Origin: Mytilus edulis
Taxonomy: Eukaryota
Length of the DNA: 64,000 bases
Reading direction: 5' to 3'
NCBI RefSeq assembly: GCF_963676685.1
Contig: NC_092346.1
Span: forward strand, 70,494,001 to 70,558,000
Shown here: positions 60,887 to 64,000 of the stretch, piece by piece
Layout of the letters: the number at the start of each line of letters is the position of its first letter
How positions within the stretch are numbered: the first letter of the stretch is position 1
Translations under genes and position numbers: made by a program
The notes under the pieces: generated by a model
Seen by the model: only the letters and a program-made list of their open reading frames with translations
Databases searched by the model: none
Told to the model about the DNA's origin: nothing

Positions 60887-63800
60887 TAGGGATATCAACG
60901 AGTATTCAAGTGTCGAATACCAAAGTAATACTCGACTAATCTGTGTCCTTTGGGATATTGGCATCGTCTTTTCATACTAATAATTTCTTGAAAACATTCC
61001 TCGGGAAATTAAATAGTAATCACGGATTAGTATTAAAGTGTAAAATAATATACATTTGTATGATGTTGATCATTTAAAATGCCGCCGAGGTTCTCTGTTT
61101 GGAAATATTTTAAACGCAGTATTAAAGATAAAACCGTAAAATGTCAACTTTGTGAAGTGTCGCCGACATATTGTTGGGAAACTACAAATAAAGGCAACAG
61201 TAGTATACCGCTGTTCAAAACTCATAAATCAATGGACAAAAAACAAAATCGGGGTAACAAACTAAAACCGAGGAAACGCATTAAATATAAGAGGGGAACA
61301 ACGACACAACACTAAAATGTAACACACAAAGAAACGGACCAAGCATCAGACAAAATCCCACGAGAATAACAAATATAACATCAAAACCAAATACATGAAT
61401 TTGGGATAGACAAGTACCGTGACACGTCTTATCGCAATGTGAAATTACACTCAAAAATAAGAGAAAAAAAAAAAGACGCAACGTTAAAATGTAACACACA
61501 CAGAAACGAACAATAATATAACAATGGCCATTTTCCTGACTTGGTACAGGACATTTTTAAAGGAAAAAATGGTGGGTTGAACCTGGTTTTGTGGCATGCC
61601 AAACCTCGCACTTTAATGGCAATGTTAAATATAACATTAAAATGACAACATAATATTACAGGACTACAATACAAATAAATAGGAGAACGTATTAGACAAA
61701 GAAACACATGATTAATGAATAACAAAAAGCATCAGGTTTGAAATTCAATACGTCAAAAACGCGCCTCGTCCACACAAGACTCACCAGTGACGCCCAGATA
61801 TAAAAGATCGAAAGCGAAAAAAAGTACAAAGCTGTACAGCAGTGAAGATCAAAAGTTGAAAAAGGCTGTGTCAAATACGGCTATGTTTTTACAAACATGT
61901 TAAATCATATAAGAACTACTAGAACACACCCGTGATATCGCGGGTCCGTGACTGAATTAAAGTATATAACTATGCGCAAGCCTTATCTTAGTATTAGTAC
62001 TGTCATCTGATAAAGTCATGCCGATTATAAGATACACAATTTTCTCTGCTTTCAAATCTTTCTGTTTGAACCCGTCGAACTGGAACTTATCAATTATTGG
62101 TAATATTAATTATTTGGAAAACAAAAGGTCCTGGAATGGAGTATTTTTTAATCAACAGCATTGTCCTATATTAGTTATAAATAAAGTTGAATTCTTTGAT
62201 TCGCTGTTTTACGTCATGCCCGCTAACAAATTGAATTTTTAGTCCAGATTTTTAGTATTCGTATTGTTATCTTAGAAAGTCTTACGGATTAAAATACTAC
62301 AATAGGTAACAATTTGACAATTTAGTAGTGTCAACCCTGTGATTATGACCCGTTTATATGGCATATTAATCCTGAATACACCGTTTGGTGGTGCGCCTGT
62401 CAGTTGCAGAACGTACAGATAAGGTAATAGGTAACAGGTGATTATACTATTGGTATCGGTATCGGACTGGACCCGGAACTTCCTAATTATTGGCGATATT
62501 AATTACGTGGAAAACAAAAGGGCCTGGAGTGGTGTAATTTTTAATCTACACCTTTGTACTATATTAGTTGTATATAAAGTTGAATTCTTTGATTCGTCGT
62601 TTTTACGTGATGACGGCTGACAAATTGTCGTAATTTTAGTATTATAGAAACATCCTGCCGAAGAAAAACTGTATGCTAAACCGACAATGAGACGGCAATA
62701 ACCAGTTTTGTAAATTCTCCGCGGAAGTTAAATAATGTACTTCATGAAAACATAACCATGGCTATAACTAATATGATTGTGAAAGACTATCTACCACTTA
62801 GTATCGTACAAGGAGAAAGATTTCTGAATCTGATGAATACTGTTATCCCAGATTATCAAGTACCATCGCGGAACACAATCAGATCTAGGATAGATAACTT
62901 GCACGATGAACAAAAGAACAATCTGAATAGAGAATTGAAAAAACTAATACATGGACTTCTACGTCGAACAACATTTATTGAACAGTTACGGAACGACATA
63001 TAACAGAAAATTTGGAAAGAAGAATAACGCATTGTGTACCCGTGAATTGCCGGAGAAGCACACTGGATTAGATATTGCAGAAAAGTTACAATCCATTGCA
63101 AGTGAATTTGAAATTATAACTTAAACAGACACTGTTGTACACGATAATGTGCGTAATATGAAAAATGCAGGTAGCAGATGCCCTGAATGAAATGATTTAG
63201 GCTCTAACATTCTGCATTAAGCCGTCAATTGAGCTAGGTTCTGTGTCCAAGATCGTAGCAAAAGGACATTAGCTGCTGAAATTGTAAAACGACAGAAACT
63301 GTTCAATGCACCAGAACACGAATCAATACAGGACGTGATAACAAGATGGAATTCAATTCAACATATGATTGAACGCCCAGTCGAGCAGAGACGAGTTCCA
63401 ACGATATCATTCTAGACCCCTCGTGTACAAAGAAACAAGACATGGTACTGTTATTAAACGATCGAATAAAGTGTCGGATGTTTCCACCGTTTTGAAGGAT
63501 TTTTTAATGTTACAACGTACATGTCTACTGAACAGCACATTTCAACTTCGCAACTCTACCCTATCGTGTGTGGATTACTGGAGAAAAGTTTGAATTCCAG
63601 TGATACCGACAACTCGGTTGTTCGTCAAGTTAAAAGTACACTTGCTAACGAGATCAAACAGCGATTTAAACCCACCGACGATAATATTGGAAATCAAACA
63701 CCAATTGTGGCATCTATCTTGGATCCTCGTTATAAACGCTTAACCTTTCTGGACAAAAATCAAAGTTAAACAGCTGATGATGCATTGGAGTCGAAGCTAG

Positions 63801-63950
63801 ATGACATTTTGTTAAACAAAATATCAGTGTCTGAAAAAATTTCTCAGGATTGCAATGACGCACCAAAACCTAACCGACAACGAAGACCAAGTGCAATTGA
63901 TTTCCTAATTTACGAATCTCCGGGAAAATTAGAACAGTTACCCTAGGCTA
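60887..63950 (+). pseudogene. Decayed hAT (ZBED1/Ac-like) transposase, interrupted by two insertions
   Basis: BED finger at 61079; DYLPLSIVQGERF, PSRNTI, DTWTS, HTG, QDVITRWNS, LDPRYK; many stops and frameshifts. Confidence 0.85.
61919..62648 (-). mobile_element. Non-autonomous Helitron, 730 bp
   Basis: - strand starts TC(tataatac) and ends with hairpin acccgcgatatcacgggt + CTAG; no TSD; removing it restores the host RTKHPAEE. Confidence 0.85.
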
Positions 63951-64000
63951 ACAATTCTTGCAAAGAGTTTATTAGTCATTCCCGCAAAATCTGTATCGTC

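Larger units (their letters stand above)
48227..62590 (+). repeat. Tandem segmental duplication: 48227-55465 and 55465-62590
   Basis: Paired ORFs at offsets of 7237 to 7125 bp; junction gaattctt-t-taaacgtc; several indels. Confidence 0.95.

Overview
AT-rich, repeat-dense eukaryotic DNA. The repeat families and intron style look like a bivalve, probably Mytilus-like; this is inferred, not proven. One host gene can be reconstructed: a 5-exon, 150-aa divergent calmodulin-like gene on the + strand (ATG exon 739-741; exons 21619-21649, 22654-22797, 27099-27341, 28044-28075). Its ~21-kb first intron holds an antisense Gypsy-type LTR element that encodes only gag and protease and carries a structured Deu/Nin-like RNA domain before its PPT. 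The 5' LTR of that element is split by an intact, full-length CR1-group LINE: an SGNH-esterase ORF1, then an ORF2 with a signal-peptide-like leader, a 2A StopGo motif, PHD finger, APE endonuclease and RT. Downstream are several Penelope-like RT fragments, one interrupted by a composite MITE-cargo-MITE insertion. There is also a DD37E paired-domain transposase remnant head-to-head with a decayed PB1/zinc-finger gene, plus Helentron/Helitron-type elements and MITEs. A 7.1-7.2-kb tandem duplication ends inside a Helitron nested in a decayed hAT transposase. All calls were made by eye, with no database searches.
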